The position numbers were made by a program, and so were the translations under genes. A DNA stretch of 64,000 bases from an uncultured delta proteobacterium (lineage in GTDB: Bacteria > Myxococcota_A > Polyangia > Polyangiales > Polyangiaceae), in assembly GCA_963806225.1 (NCBI GenBank), contig CAWDXG010000004.1, positions 1,760,001 to 1,824,000 of the forward strand, in the 5' to 3' direction. Below the pieces are notes generated by a model. That model ran no database searches, had not been told where the DNA came from, and was given only the letters and a program-made list of their open reading frames with translations. The stretch's first letter is position 1. Each line of letters opens with the position of its first letter. Positions 38,166-47,163 of this stretch are shown here, piece after piece.

Positions 38166-40160
38166 ATGCTGATACTCCTCGAGCGCCGGATGCACGTCGA
38201 TTCGCCGTCGGAAAACACGAAGCCCCGGCTCCCGGGCTCGGACCTGACGCTCGCGGTCATGCTGGGCGCGCTGACGATCGTGCTCTCCTACAGCGCCGGA
38301 GAGCTGGTCGAGCAGACGCTTCTCGCGGGAGCGAGCATGGCGACGATCCACCTCGAGCACATGGTGCGCGGGGTCGTCTCGTCGGTGCTGACGGCCGTGG
38401 TCGTCGGGTGGTCGCTGCTGCGCGCCTCGCCACCGCTGCTTGCGCCGCCGCCCGCAGCCCCCCTTGTGGAACGATCGCAGGCCCGGGAAGCGGAACAGGT
38501 CGCCCACTATACGCGCTGGCTGATCCAGATGCGCTGGCTTGTCGTGGTGGTGGCCACGGCGCTGGTGGTGGTGGCCGTGCGCGTGCTGTCGGTCCTGCCA
38601 GGCGCGGTGTGGTCACCCCTCGTCTTGACGATCACACTGCTGGGGGCGACGAACGTCCTGTACACCGTCCTCGCCGCCCGACCGCACCTGCACTATCTGG
38701 AAGCCCAGATCGTCACGGATCTGGTGCTGCTGACGCTGCTTGTCCACTTCTCCGGCGGGGTAGAAAACCCGCTCTCGATGATGGCGCTGTTCCACGTGGT
38801 CATCGCTGGCGTGCTGCTGGCGCCGCGACGCTGCTACGCCGCGGCCGGCTTCGCAGCACTACTCTTCGGAGTGATGGCTTGGCTGGAGTACTCCGGAGCG
38901 ATCGCGCACTACGCCTTCGGGCTGTTCCCGCAAGGCCGGGCGAGCAAGCTCGACCCCACCCACGACCTGCTTTTCGTGGTCAACCGGGTCGCAGTGCAGG
39001 CGGTCATGCTGGGCTTGATCGCCTATTTTGTCACCACCTTGGCCGAGCGCGCCCACACCAACGAGCTGCGTCTCGAAGCCATGGCGGATCGCGCGTTGGG
39101 GGAGCGGCAGTTGCTCGAGCAGGCGCTCGCCACAACGGGGACGGGGCTGCGCGTCTGCAACGCCCAACTCGAGCCGGAATGGCTGAACAGCCGCTGGCGT
39201 GAGTGGTTCGAACCAGGCTGCTGTCTGGACAGCGCGATCATGCCCGTTCCAGCGCGCGACACCGTGAAAGACGGACAGACGCGCGTCACCGAGGTTCGAC
39301 TGCCGGACAAGTCCGGAGCGGAACCTGCCGATAGCGAGCGGATCTACCAACTGACGACCGCTCCGGTGCTCGATGCAGACGGCGGTATCGTCCAGATAGC
39401 CGAGCTGGCCCAGGACATCACACAGCAGAAACGAGCCCAGGCCCAGCTCCTCACGGCGGGCAAAATGGCCGCCGTCGGCCGGCTCGCGGGGCAGGTGGCA
39501 CATGAGGTCAACAACCCCATTGCGATCATCAGCGGCAAGGCGCGCCTGCTCCTGTCGGCGCGCCGGGACGAGCTTTCGCCGAAAGTCGCCGCGGAGCTCG
39601 AGAAAATCGTCGCACTTTCCGATCGGGTCGCGGATATCGCGCGCGGGCTGCTGTCCTACGGGCGCCCATCGCCTGCGGCGCGGAGTGCGGTCGACGTGTG
39701 CGCGATGGTCCGGAACGCCATGACGATGGTCGAACAGCGCGCGCAGGCTGGCGGAGTGCGGCTGGAGGATCAGCTGGGTCCGTCGCCAATCGACGTACGC
39801 GCCAACACGGGCGAGCTGGAGCAGGTGTTCTTGAACCTGCTGCTGAACGCGCTGGACGCCGTCGATGACGACGGGACCATCAGCGCCACGGCGCGGGCTA
39901 CCGAGCTGGACAGCGGACCGGCCGTAGCCGTGGCCATCAGCGACGACGGCCACGGCATCCCGGAGGACGTGCTGGCACGCATCTGGGAACCGTTCTTCTC
40001 GACCAAGGACGACGACCACGGGACCGGCCTGGGCCTGGCGATCTGCCAGGGTATCATCGAGGGGCATGGCGGCCGCATCGAGGTCAAGAGCGCTCCAGGC
40101 GCGGGGACGACATTCAGCGTGACGCTGCCCGTGATGGCTTCGACGGACGAGGAGCACTGA
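38166..40160 (+). CDS. Membrane sensor histidine kinase (NtrB-like)
   Basis: Multi-TM N-terminus, VAHEVNNP, NLLLNA, DDGHGI, EPFFSTK, GTGLGL. Confidence 0.92.
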   Translation: MLILLERRMHVDSPSENTKPRLPGSDLTLAVMLGALTIVLSYSAGELVEQTLLAGASMATIHLEHMVRGVVSSVLTAVVVGWSLLRASPPLLAPPPAAPLVERSQAREAEQVAHYTRWLIQMRWLVVVVATALVVVAVRVLSVLPGAVWSPLVLTITLLGATNVLYTVLAARPHLHYLEAQIVTDLVLLTLLVHFSGGVENPLSMMALFHVVIAGVLLAPRRCYAAAGFAALLFGVMAWLEYSGAIAHYAFGLFPQGRASKLDPTHDLLFVVNRVAVQAVMLGLIAYFVTTLAERAHTNELRLEAMADRALGERQLLEQALATTGTGLRVCNAQLEPEWLNSRWREWFEPGCCLDSAIMPVPARDTVKDGQTRVTEVRLPDKSGAEPADSERIYQLTTAPVLDADGGIVQIAELAQDITQQKRAQAQLLTAGKMAAVGRLAGQVAHEVNNPIAIISGKARLLLSARRDELSPKVAAELEKIVALSDRVADIARGLLSYGRPSPAARSAVDVCAMVRNAMTMVEQRAQAGGVRLEDQLGPSPIDVRANTGELEQVFLNLLLNALDAVDDDGTISATARATELDSGPAVAVAISDDGHGIPEDVLARIWEPFFSTKDDDHGTGLGLAICQGIIEGHGGRIEVKSAPGAGTTFSVTLPVMASTDEEH

Positions 40161-41557
40161 TGGCGTCCCGGGTACTGGTTGTCGACGACGAAAAAGGCAT
40201 GCTCGAAGTATGCGGCGATACCCTCGATCTGCTGCCCGACGTAGAGGTCGTGCTCGAACAGCGAAGCGCGCGGGCCGCTGCCCTGCTCGCACAAGAGCCG
40301 TTCGATCTGCTGATCACGGACATACGGATGCCGGGGATGGACGGCGTGGATCTCCTGCGGGTAGCCCGGGAGCACGATCCGACATTGCCGGCCTTGATCC
40401 TGACCGCGTATCCGACGGTCGAGACGGCCGTCGAGGCCATGAAGCTCGGCGCGGCGGACTACCTCGGCAAGCCTTTCCGCCCGGAAGAGCTCCAGAAGCT
40501 GGCCAAGCGGCTGCTGGACGAGCGACGCCTGCGGGACGAAAACCGGCTTCTTTCACGCCAGGTCGAACGCGCCCACCTCTTCGACGAGATCGTGGGTCGC
40601 AGCGCCGCGATGCAGAAGGTGTTCGAGCTCATCCAGCGCGTAGCCGCCACCGACGCGGATGTGCTGATCCTCGGTGAAACGGGGACAGGCAAGGAGCTCG
40701 TGGCCCGCAGCCTGCACGGACGCAGCCAGCGCAAGGGTCAACGCTTCGTACCGGTGGACTGCGGCGCCATCCCCGACAACCTGCTGGAGTCCGAGCTCTT
40801 CGGCCACGAGCGCGGCGCATTTACCGGCGCGGATTCCCGCAGCCTCGGGCTTCTGGAGTACGCGACCCGCGGCACGTTCTTCCTCGACGAGGTGGCGGAG
40901 TTGCCACCCCGTCTGCAGTCGAAGCTCCTGCGCGTGCTTCAGGAACGAAGAGTGCGGCGCGTGGGTGGGAAGGACGAAGTCGAGGTGGACGTGCGCGTCA
41001 TCGCCGCCACCAGCCGCGATCTGGACGAGGAGATGCGCGAACACAGGTTCCGCGAGGATCTGTACTACCGCATCAACGTCGCCCGCATCGAGCTGCCGCC
41101 GCTCAGGCAGCGGAGCGAGGACATCCCGCTTCTGGTCGCACATTTCTTCGGCCGTTACGCCGAACAGATGGGCAAGCCGGGCATCCAGCTCGACAGCGAA
41201 TCGCTCGAGATCCTGTGCCGGTACTCCTGGCCCGGAAACGTGCGCGAGCTGTCGAACGTGCTCAGGCGCGCGCTCACCATGGCGCGCGGCGACAGCATCG
41301 TAGCCGACGACCTGCCTGACCCCGTCGTTGCGCAGGCCGGCGCGCCAGCCAGCGTGTCTTCGAAGGGAACAAGGGGCAGCTTCTTCGACCAGCGAACGGA
41401 TCGCATCGAGGCGTTCGAGCGCGAGTACCTGACGGGCCTTCTGCTGCGCACGAAAGGCGACGTGAACCAGGCCGCCGCCGACGCCCAGCTCCCGCGCGGC
41501 ACGTTGTACCGGCTGCTGAAGAAGTACAGCCTGGCGCCGGCTGATTTCCGCTCCTGA
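40160..41557 (+). CDS. sigma54-dependent response regulator (NtrC/AtoC family)
   Basis: REC domain, GETGTGKE, GAFTGA, FLDE, FREDLYYR, WPGNVREL, Fis HTH. Confidence 0.96.
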   Translation: MASRVLVVDDEKGMLEVCGDTLDLLPDVEVVLEQRSARAAALLAQEPFDLLITDIRMPGMDGVDLLRVAREHDPTLPALILTAYPTVETAVEAMKLGAADYLGKPFRPEELQKLAKRLLDERRLRDENRLLSRQVERAHLFDEIVGRSAAMQKVFELIQRVAATDADVLILGETGTGKELVARSLHGRSQRKGQRFVPVDCGAIPDNLLESELFGHERGAFTGADSRSLGLLEYATRGTFFLDEVAELPPRLQSKLLRVLQERRVRRVGGKDEVEVDVRVIAATSRDLDEEMREHRFREDLYYRINVARIELPPLRQRSEDIPLLVAHFFGRYAEQMGKPGIQLDSESLEILCRYSWPGNVRELSNVLRRALTMARGDSIVADDLPDPVVAQAGAPASVSSKGTRGSFFDQRTDRIEAFEREYLTGLLLRTKGDVNQAAADAQLPRGTLYRLLKKYSLAPADFRS

Positions 41558-41584
41558 ACGGCGAGCCGGCGCGCGTTGACGCTT

Positions 41585-41619
41585 GTCACGCGAATGTGAC
41601 TGCGTCTCGTCAACGTGAC
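41585..41619. promoter_or_regulatory. Candidate enhancer (UAS): tandem inverted repeats
   Basis: GTCAC-N6-GTGAC and GTCTC-N6-GTGAC, ~150-180 bp upstream of a sigma54 motif. Confidence 0.45.
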
Positions 41620-41765
41620 GCCAGAATCGCGCACATGCTGCGTCGCAATGATTTGCAGCATGTTTTCGGCGCAATAGGCGCGCAGCCGATCCGGGAGAAG
41701 CGCACGAGGTGCGTCATACGGGCGTTTCGGCCGCAGGCACCTGCAACCAATGCGCGATTCGCCGC

Positions 41766-41781
41766 TGGCACGCCAGCTGCA
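41766..41781 (+). promoter_or_regulatory. sigma54 -24/-12 motif
   Basis: TGGCACGCCAGCTGCA, 50 bp before ATG 41831. Confidence 0.7.
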
Positions 41782-41830
41782 GCCCGGGGCCGCGAGACCA
41801 CCGGCTTCCCCCAAGACCAGGTCTGGAGAA

Positions 41831-43348
41831 ATGAAATACATCAATCCCCCCGTTCCCCCTTCTTCGCGGCTCCGTTCGCGAGCCTTCACCACGTGCCTCG
41901 CCGCGGTCCTAGCGGCTGTGTTCGCCTTCTTCGGCAACACCAAGAAGGCACACGCCGTTCCCTCTTTCGCACGCAAGTACAAGACGAGCTGCGTCACCTG
42001 CCACACCGTCTTCCCGAAGCTCAATCCCTTCGGTGAAGCGTTCCGTCGCGACGGCTTCCGCTTCCCCAGCAAGGACGGCAGCGTCGACAGCGACAACGTG
42101 CAGGCCGAGACGCTCCCACTCGGACAGGACGAGTACAAGAAGCTGTTCCCGAACTCGGTCTGGCCCGATTCGATCACGCAGGCAGCGCCGCTGTCGGTGC
42201 TGGTGATGGCGGGCACGGCGATAAATCTGCCAAAGACCGCCGCGCACGATGACGCCCAGAACACCTTCGCCTGGAACGACTTCATCGGCGAAGCCGCGAT
42301 CTTCGGGGCGGGCTCGCTCACCGACACCCTGACCTACTTCGTCGAGTTCAGCGTTGCAGATGGCGGGATTTCGCCCGAGCACGCGTTCCTCCAGTGGAAC
42401 GACATCGTCGGGCCGCGCCACGCCTTCAATCTGGTCGTCGGACGCATCATGCCCACGCTGACCAGTTTCGGGCAGCACAGCTCCTACGTGTTCGACCACC
42501 AGCTGTTGCAGGAAACATCGGTCGGGCAGCTCTACAACGACTCGGCTCCGGAAGACCCGCTCGGCGCGGCGTTCGGTCACGCCGACGGCATCGAGCTCAA
42601 CGGCGTGGTCGCACATTTCATCGACTACTCGCTCGGCTGGGTCGCCTCGGGCGTCGCCGACGGTATGGATTTCCACGCCCCCAACTCACAGGACGCGTAT
42701 GCGCACCTCGGCTTCAAGCTCTGCGGCATGTCGCTCGACGGCGAAGGGCGCTGCGGCGCACAGATAGCCAATCCGAAGAAGCCCTGGGCGGAAACATCCG
42801 CCACCCTCGACGTGTTCGGCTACCACGGCCGCATGAGGCTCAATGCCAACACCGATCCCGCGGGTCCGAACCCAAAGGATGACAACTTCAACACCATCGG
42901 CGGCGACCTGAATATCCAGCTGGGCTCTCTCGGATTCGTCGGCGGTGCCGAGTACGAACACCACGCAAACCCCTACGCGGGCGACCCCGGCGATCCCACC
43001 GCGACCCCGCCCGTGGCGCCCACGGACGTAACCGACTCGGCCGACGCGTTCATGCAGTTCAACGAGCTCGACTACGTGATCTTCCCCTGGCTCGTTCCTG
43101 CAGTGCGCACCGAGTACACCCGCATCAATACGAACCAGGGTGGCCACGCCGCGCTGCTCCGGGTCATGCCGGTCGTCAACATGCTCATCAATCCGAACCT
43201 GAAGGTCGCGGTGCAAGGCGACATCGAGCACACCCAAGGCGCCTCGACGCCGATTGGTGACTGGGGAGCCGCCGGCGGCATCATCGCCCCGGGCCAGAAC
43301 AAGACCGAGGCCGAGCAGATCCTCATGAATGTTGCCTGGGCCTTCTAG
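41831..43348 (+). CDS. cyc2: Cyc2-like fused monoheme cytochrome-porin
   Basis: AHA signal end, AVPSFARKY-KTS-CVTCH-TVFPKL..GEAF, beta-strand body, terminal WAF. Confidence 0.78.
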   Translation: MKYINPPVPPSSRLRSRAFTTCLAAVLAAVFAFFGNTKKAHAVPSFARKYKTSCVTCHTVFPKLNPFGEAFRRDGFRFPSKDGSVDSDNVQAETLPLGQDEYKKLFPNSVWPDSITQAAPLSVLVMAGTAINLPKTAAHDDAQNTFAWNDFIGEAAIFGAGSLTDTLTYFVEFSVADGGISPEHAFLQWNDIVGPRHAFNLVVGRIMPTLTSFGQHSSYVFDHQLLQETSVGQLYNDSAPEDPLGAAFGHADGIELNGVVAHFIDYSLGWVASGVADGMDFHAPNSQDAYAHLGFKLCGMSLDGEGRCGAQIANPKKPWAETSATLDVFGYHGRMRLNANTDPAGPNPKDDNFNTIGGDLNIQLGSLGFVGGAEYEHHANPYAGDPGDPTATPPVAPTDVTDSADAFMQFNELDYVIFPWLVPAVRTEYTRINTNQGGHAALLRVMPVVNMLINPNLKVAVQGDIEHTQGASTPIGDWGAAGGIIAPGQNKTEAEQILMNVAWAF

Positions 43349-43377
43349 CCGCTGATTGAGAAAAGGAGCCTAAGAAG

Positions 43378-44214
43378 ATGAACCGCAAGAACTTGACCGG
43401 AATCGCCACGGCGATCGTGCTCGGGGGTACCCTGGCCGCGTGTTGCCCGTATGGCGACATGCCGGCAAACGAACCCGGCACGGCCAACGCAGCAGCCGCA
43501 CCGGCCGCGGCTGACACCCCCGCAGCCGCACCGGCACCGGCTGACACCTCCGCAGCCGCAGCGGCACCGGCTGCCGCAGCGGCACCGGACAACGGCACGG
43601 CCGCCGCGCCAGCGACACCGGGCGCCGCGGCAGCCAGCGGCGGTGCCGCGGCAGCAGCTGCACCGGCTGCCGCTGCGGCCGCGCCGTCAGCCGGCAGCGG
43701 CACGATCTCCGGCCAGGTCACGACGACGCCCGCCAAGTTTGGCAAGCACATCGTCGTGTGGCTGAACAGCGGCGGCCTGCCCGCGAAACCGAAGACGACG
43801 GAGATCGACCAGAAGAGCATGAAGTTCTTCCCGTACCTGACGGCGATCCCGGCCGGCAGCAAGGTCGTGTTCCGCAACAGCGACCCCTTCCCGCACAACG
43901 TCTTCAGCTCGGATGGCGACAAGTTCAACCTGGGCATGATGCCCTCGAAGTCCGCTCGCGTGCACGTGTTCAAGAAGGTCGGGGCGTACACGCTGCTCTG
44001 CCAGATCCATCCGGGAATGATCGCATACGTGTACGTCGTCCCTTCGAAGTACTACGCGGTTGCCGACAGCAACGGGAAGTACACCATCAAGAACGTCCCC
44101 AACGGCAGCTACAAGCTGTCGGCATGGGCTCCCAAACTTGCCGTGTCGACGACGAACGTCACGGTATCCGGCGCGACGGCAACTGCGTCGCTTCACCTGA
44201 AACGGGGAAACTGA
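43378..44214 (+). CDS. Cupredoxin-domain lipoprotein with Ala/Pro linker
   Basis: LAAC lipobox, FRNSDPFPHNVFS, CQIHPGM. Confidence 0.82.
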   Translation: MNRKNLTGIATAIVLGGTLAACCPYGDMPANEPGTANAAAAPAAADTPAAAPAPADTSAAAAAPAAAAAPDNGTAAAPATPGAAAASGGAAAAAAPAAAAAAPSAGSGTISGQVTTTPAKFGKHIVVWLNSGGLPAKPKTTEIDQKSMKFFPYLTAIPAGSKVVFRNSDPFPHNVFSSDGDKFNLGMMPSKSARVHVFKKVGAYTLLCQIHPGMIAYVYVVPSKYYAVADSNGKYTIKNVPNGSYKLSAWAPKLAVSTTNVTVSGATATASLHLKRGN

Positions 44215-44215
44215 A

Positions 44216-44776
44216 ATGCGAAATGTCATCCTAGTAGCTGCTCTCGCGTTGGCGGTTGCGCCGGGCTGCAGCAAGAAGAGCCACGCTTCGCCGCGCAAGG
44301 ACACGAAAACCAACACCCAGAAGAGCGCGGCCCCCACGCCGGCGCCGGCACCGAAGCCCGCCGCACCCGCCAGTGCAGCGCAGGCGCCGAGCAGCGCCGA
44401 AAAGGGGCCCACGGTAGAGCTGAAGCTCGATAGCGTGAAGAACCAGATGAAGTACGACAAGACCAAGCTCACCGTGAAGACGGGAGCAAAGGTCCATCTG
44501 ACCTTCCACAACGAGTCCACGCTCGACGTGCTGCCTCACAACTGGGTGCTGGTGAAGGCTGGAACCGAGGCCAAGGTGGCGAAGGCCGAGCTCGCCAGCA
44601 AGGCCGACGGCTACGTCGCGGCCAATCCGGACATCATCGCCCACACGCCTCTAGCCGAGAAGGGCAAGACCGTGGAGACGACTTTCACGGCTCCTGCTCC
44701 GGGCACCTACCCCTACATCTGCACCGTGCCCGGCCACTACATGGTCATGCACGGCCAGCTTGTGGTCACGCCCTAG
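44216..44776 (+). CDS. Azurin/auracyanin-like blue copper lipoprotein
   Basis: APGC lipobox, PHNWVL, YICTVPGHYMVMHG. Confidence 0.9.
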   Translation: MRNVILVAALALAVAPGCSKKSHASPRKDTKTNTQKSAAPTPAPAPKPAAPASAAQAPSSAEKGPTVELKLDSVKNQMKYDKTKLTVKTGAKVHLTFHNESTLDVLPHNWVLVKAGTEAKVAKAELASKADGYVAANPDIIAHTPLAEKGKTVETTFTAPAPGTYPYICTVPGHYMVMHGQLVVTP

Positions 44777-44807
44777 ACCAACCAGCAGCTCACTGGGAGT
44801 CCCTCCG

Positions 44808-44982
44808 ATGGGTTGGGAGCTCGCAGTCATCGTCCTCGTGGTTGTCGCTGCACTGCTGACTGCGAAGCTCCTCCCCAGACCTCCGACACAGTCGCCCGAG
44901 GAGATACTGAAGGAGCGCTACGCCAGAGGAGGAGATCGACGGCGCAGAGTACGAACAGAAAAAACACGACCTGGAAGGCTGA
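44808..44982 (+). CDS. Small SHOCT-domain membrane protein (frameshift ~44931)
   Basis: TM, then PEEILKERYARG; removing one G continues EIDGAEYEQKKHDLEG-stop. Confidence 0.7.
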
Positions 44983-45002
44983 CAGCAGCAGCTGAGGTCG
45001 AG

Positions 45003-45053
45003 AAGAGCACGAAGGCGCTCCCGCTTCTGAAGCCGGGGCGCCTTCGTGTTCTT
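45003..45053 (+). terminator. Long hairpin (terminator or REP-like)
   Basis: AAGAGCACGAAGGCGCTCC..GGGGCGCCTTCGTGTTCTT. Confidence 0.7.
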
Positions 45054-45158
45054 TGCGGCGGCGGCACGTGGCGCCCCGCCCGGGGTGAGCGGCAGGTAGC
45101 TGGTCTGCTCTTCCGCCGGACGCCCGGTCTGGTATGGTCCCGGCAAGAGGAGGTGCCG

Positions 45159-45758
45159 ATGAGAATCGTCGTCGTCGGAGCTACGGGAACGATCGGATCG
45201 AAGGTCGCCGACGCGCTGGCGCGCAAGCACGAGGTGCTGCGCGCGTCGCGCAAGGGCAACGTCAAGGTGGACATCGACAAGCCTGCGTCGATCCAGGAGA
45301 TGTTCGCGAGGATCGGCAAGGTCGATGCAGTCGTCTCCGCGGCTGGCAACGCGAGCTTCGGCAAGCTCACCGACCTCGGCGATGACGACTTCGAGCTCTC
45401 GCTCGGAAGCAAGCTGATGGGCCAGGTGAACGTGATCCGCCACGGGCTTTCGCACCTCGCTCCGGACGGTTCCATCACGGTCACCACCGGCGTCCTCAGC
45501 GCGCGGCCCATGCCGGGCAGCGCGGCGATCAGCCTCGTCAATGGCGGGCTGGAAGCGTTCGTGCGCGCCGCCGCGCTGGAGCTGGTCGACGGCAAGCGCG
45601 TCAACGCCGTCAGCCCCGGCTGGGTCAGCGAGACGCTGGAGAAGATGGGCATGGCCCCGTCGACCGGCACGCCCGCCGCGCGCGTGGCCGAGGTCTACGT
45701 GCGGGCGGTCGAAGGGAAGCAGAACGGCGAGATCCTCGAAGCATTCGACCTCGGCTGA
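45159..45758 (+). CDS. Short-chain dehydrogenase/reductase
   Basis: [37 protein letters not shown]. Confidence 0.92.
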   Translation: MRIVVVGATGTIGSKVADALARKHEVLRASRKGNVKVDIDKPASIQEMFARIGKVDAVVSAAGNASFGKLTDLGDDDFELSLGSKLMGQVNVIRHGLSHLAPDGSITVTTGVLSARPMPGSAAISLVNGGLEAFVRAAALELVDGKRVNAVSPGWVSETLEKMGMAPSTGTPAARVAEVYVRAVEGKQNGEILEAFDLG

Positions 45759-45771
45759 GGCCGGAAATGCA

Positions 45772-45809
45772 CGAAGGCGCTCCGGGTCCGGCGACCGGGA
45801 GCGCCTTCG
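45772..45809. terminator. Hairpin between convergent genes
   Basis: CGAAGGCGCTCC..GGAGCGCCTTCG. Confidence 0.7.
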
Positions 45810-45827
45810 GTTGTTGGTGCCCTGCGA

Positions 45828-46991
45828 TCAGGCGCGCTCGATGAGCCCCGCGGCGCCCATGCCACCGCCGATGCACATCGTAACGATGCCGCGCTTGGCG
45901 TCGCGGCGCTCCAGCTCGCGCAGGATCGTCGCGACCAGCTTGGCGCCGGTGCAACCGAGCGGATGCCCGAGAGCGATGGCGCCGCCGTTCGGGTTCAGCT
46001 TGTCGTCCGGGATGCCGAGCTCGCGCTGCACGTAGACGGACTGCGACGCGAACGCCTCGTTCAGCTCGATCACGTCGATGTCCTTCATCGAGAGGCCCGT
46101 CTGCTTGAAGAGCTTCCGCACCGCCGGGATCGGTCCGATACCCATGATGCCCGGGTCCACGCCGGCCGTCGTGAAGTGACGCAGGTACCCCTTCGGCTTC
46201 AGGCCGAGCGATTCGGCCTTCTCCTTCGTCATGACCAGCGCCGCGGCCGCGCCGTCGCTGAGCGGCGAGGCGTTGCCCGGCGTGACGCTGCCCTTCAGCG
46301 CAAAGCTCGGCTTCAGCTGGGAAAGCGCCTCGAGCGTCGTACCCTCGCGGATCAGCTCGTCCGTCCGGAAATCGAACCCGGTGTGCTTGCCATCGACGAA
46401 ACGGACGCCTTGCACGGTGACGATCTCGTCCTCGAAGTTGCCGGCCTTGCGCGCGGCGGCCGCCTTCTCCTGGCTCTTCACCGCAAACTCATCCTGCACC
46501 TCACGGCTGATCTCGAAGCGCTTGGCGACGTTCTCGGCCGTGATGCCCATGGGCGTGTAGACGCTGGGGTCCAGCTCCATGAGAGCCGGGCTGGCGCTGA
46601 TCTTGTAACCCGTCATGGGCACCATGCTCATCGACTCGACGCCGCCGGCGATGACGATGTCGTGCGAGCCGAGCGCGATGGCACCCGCGGCGAGCGCGAT
46701 GGCCTGCAGACCGCTCGAACAGAAGCGGTTGATGGTCATCGCGCTGGTTTCCTTGGGCAGTCCGGCGAGGAAACCCGCCGGGCGCGCGACGTTCAGCCCC
46801 TGCTCGCCTTCGGGCATGGCGCAGCCAAGCACCAGGTCCTCGACCATTTCAGGCTTCACCTGGGGTACGCGCGCGAGCAGCGCCTTGATGACTTCACCCG
46901 CGAGCTCGTCGGGGCGCTTCTGTGCGAGCGAGCCCTTGTGGGCCCTGCCGACCGCCGAACGGACGGCTTCCACGATTGCGATATCGACCAT
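45828..46991 (-). CDS. fadA: Acetyl-CoA C-acyltransferase (thiolase)
   Basis: NRFCSSG, NEAFA, GHPLG, CIGGGMG. Confidence 0.96.
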   Translation of the reverse strand: MVDIAIVEAVRSAVGRAHKGSLAQKRPDELAGEVIKALLARVPQVKPEMVEDLVLGCAMPEGEQGLNVARPAGFLAGLPKETSAMTINRFCSSGLQAIALAAGAIALGSHDIVIAGGVESMSMVPMTGYKISASPALMELDPSVYTPMGITAENVAKRFEISREVQDEFAVKSQEKAAAARKAGNFEDEIVTVQGVRFVDGKHTGFDFRTDELIREGTTLEALSQLKPSFALKGSVTPGNASPLSDGAAAALVMTKEKAESLGLKPKGYLRHFTTAGVDPGIMGIGPIPAVRKLFKQTGLSMKDIDVIELNEAFASQSVYVQRELGIPDDKLNPNGGAIALGHPLGCTGAKLVATILRELERRDAKRGIVTMCIGGGMGAAGLIERA

Positions 46992-47053
46992 GATCTTCTC
47001 CCGCTAGGCGCTTTGAAGACAGACAGCGCCTAGAGCTTCATCTGATTGGAGGA

Positions 47054-47135
47054 ACCGGCGAGCGAGCGAGCCCGCGATGAGCGAAGCGAATCGCGTCGGG
47101 GGTCCGGGGGCGGTGAGCCCCCGGCGGAGGATTCC
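47054..47135. repeat. REP-like intergenic palindromic element
   Basis: Hairpins CGCGAT..ATCGCG and CCGGGGGC..GCCCCCGG between co-oriented fad genes; single copy in window. Confidence 0.5.
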
Positions 47136-47163
47136 GGTGGGGGTGGGTGGGACACAAACCATC

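Noticed and set aside
12000..45100. Redox island as a mobile element
   Set aside because: No integrase, transposase, tRNA or att-like repeats seen, and no obvious compositional shift by eye
44760..45758. 332-aa membrane-SDR fusion in the ORF track
   Set aside because: Artefact of the SHOCT frameshift; the SDR has its own RBS and ATG at 45159, with a hairpin in between
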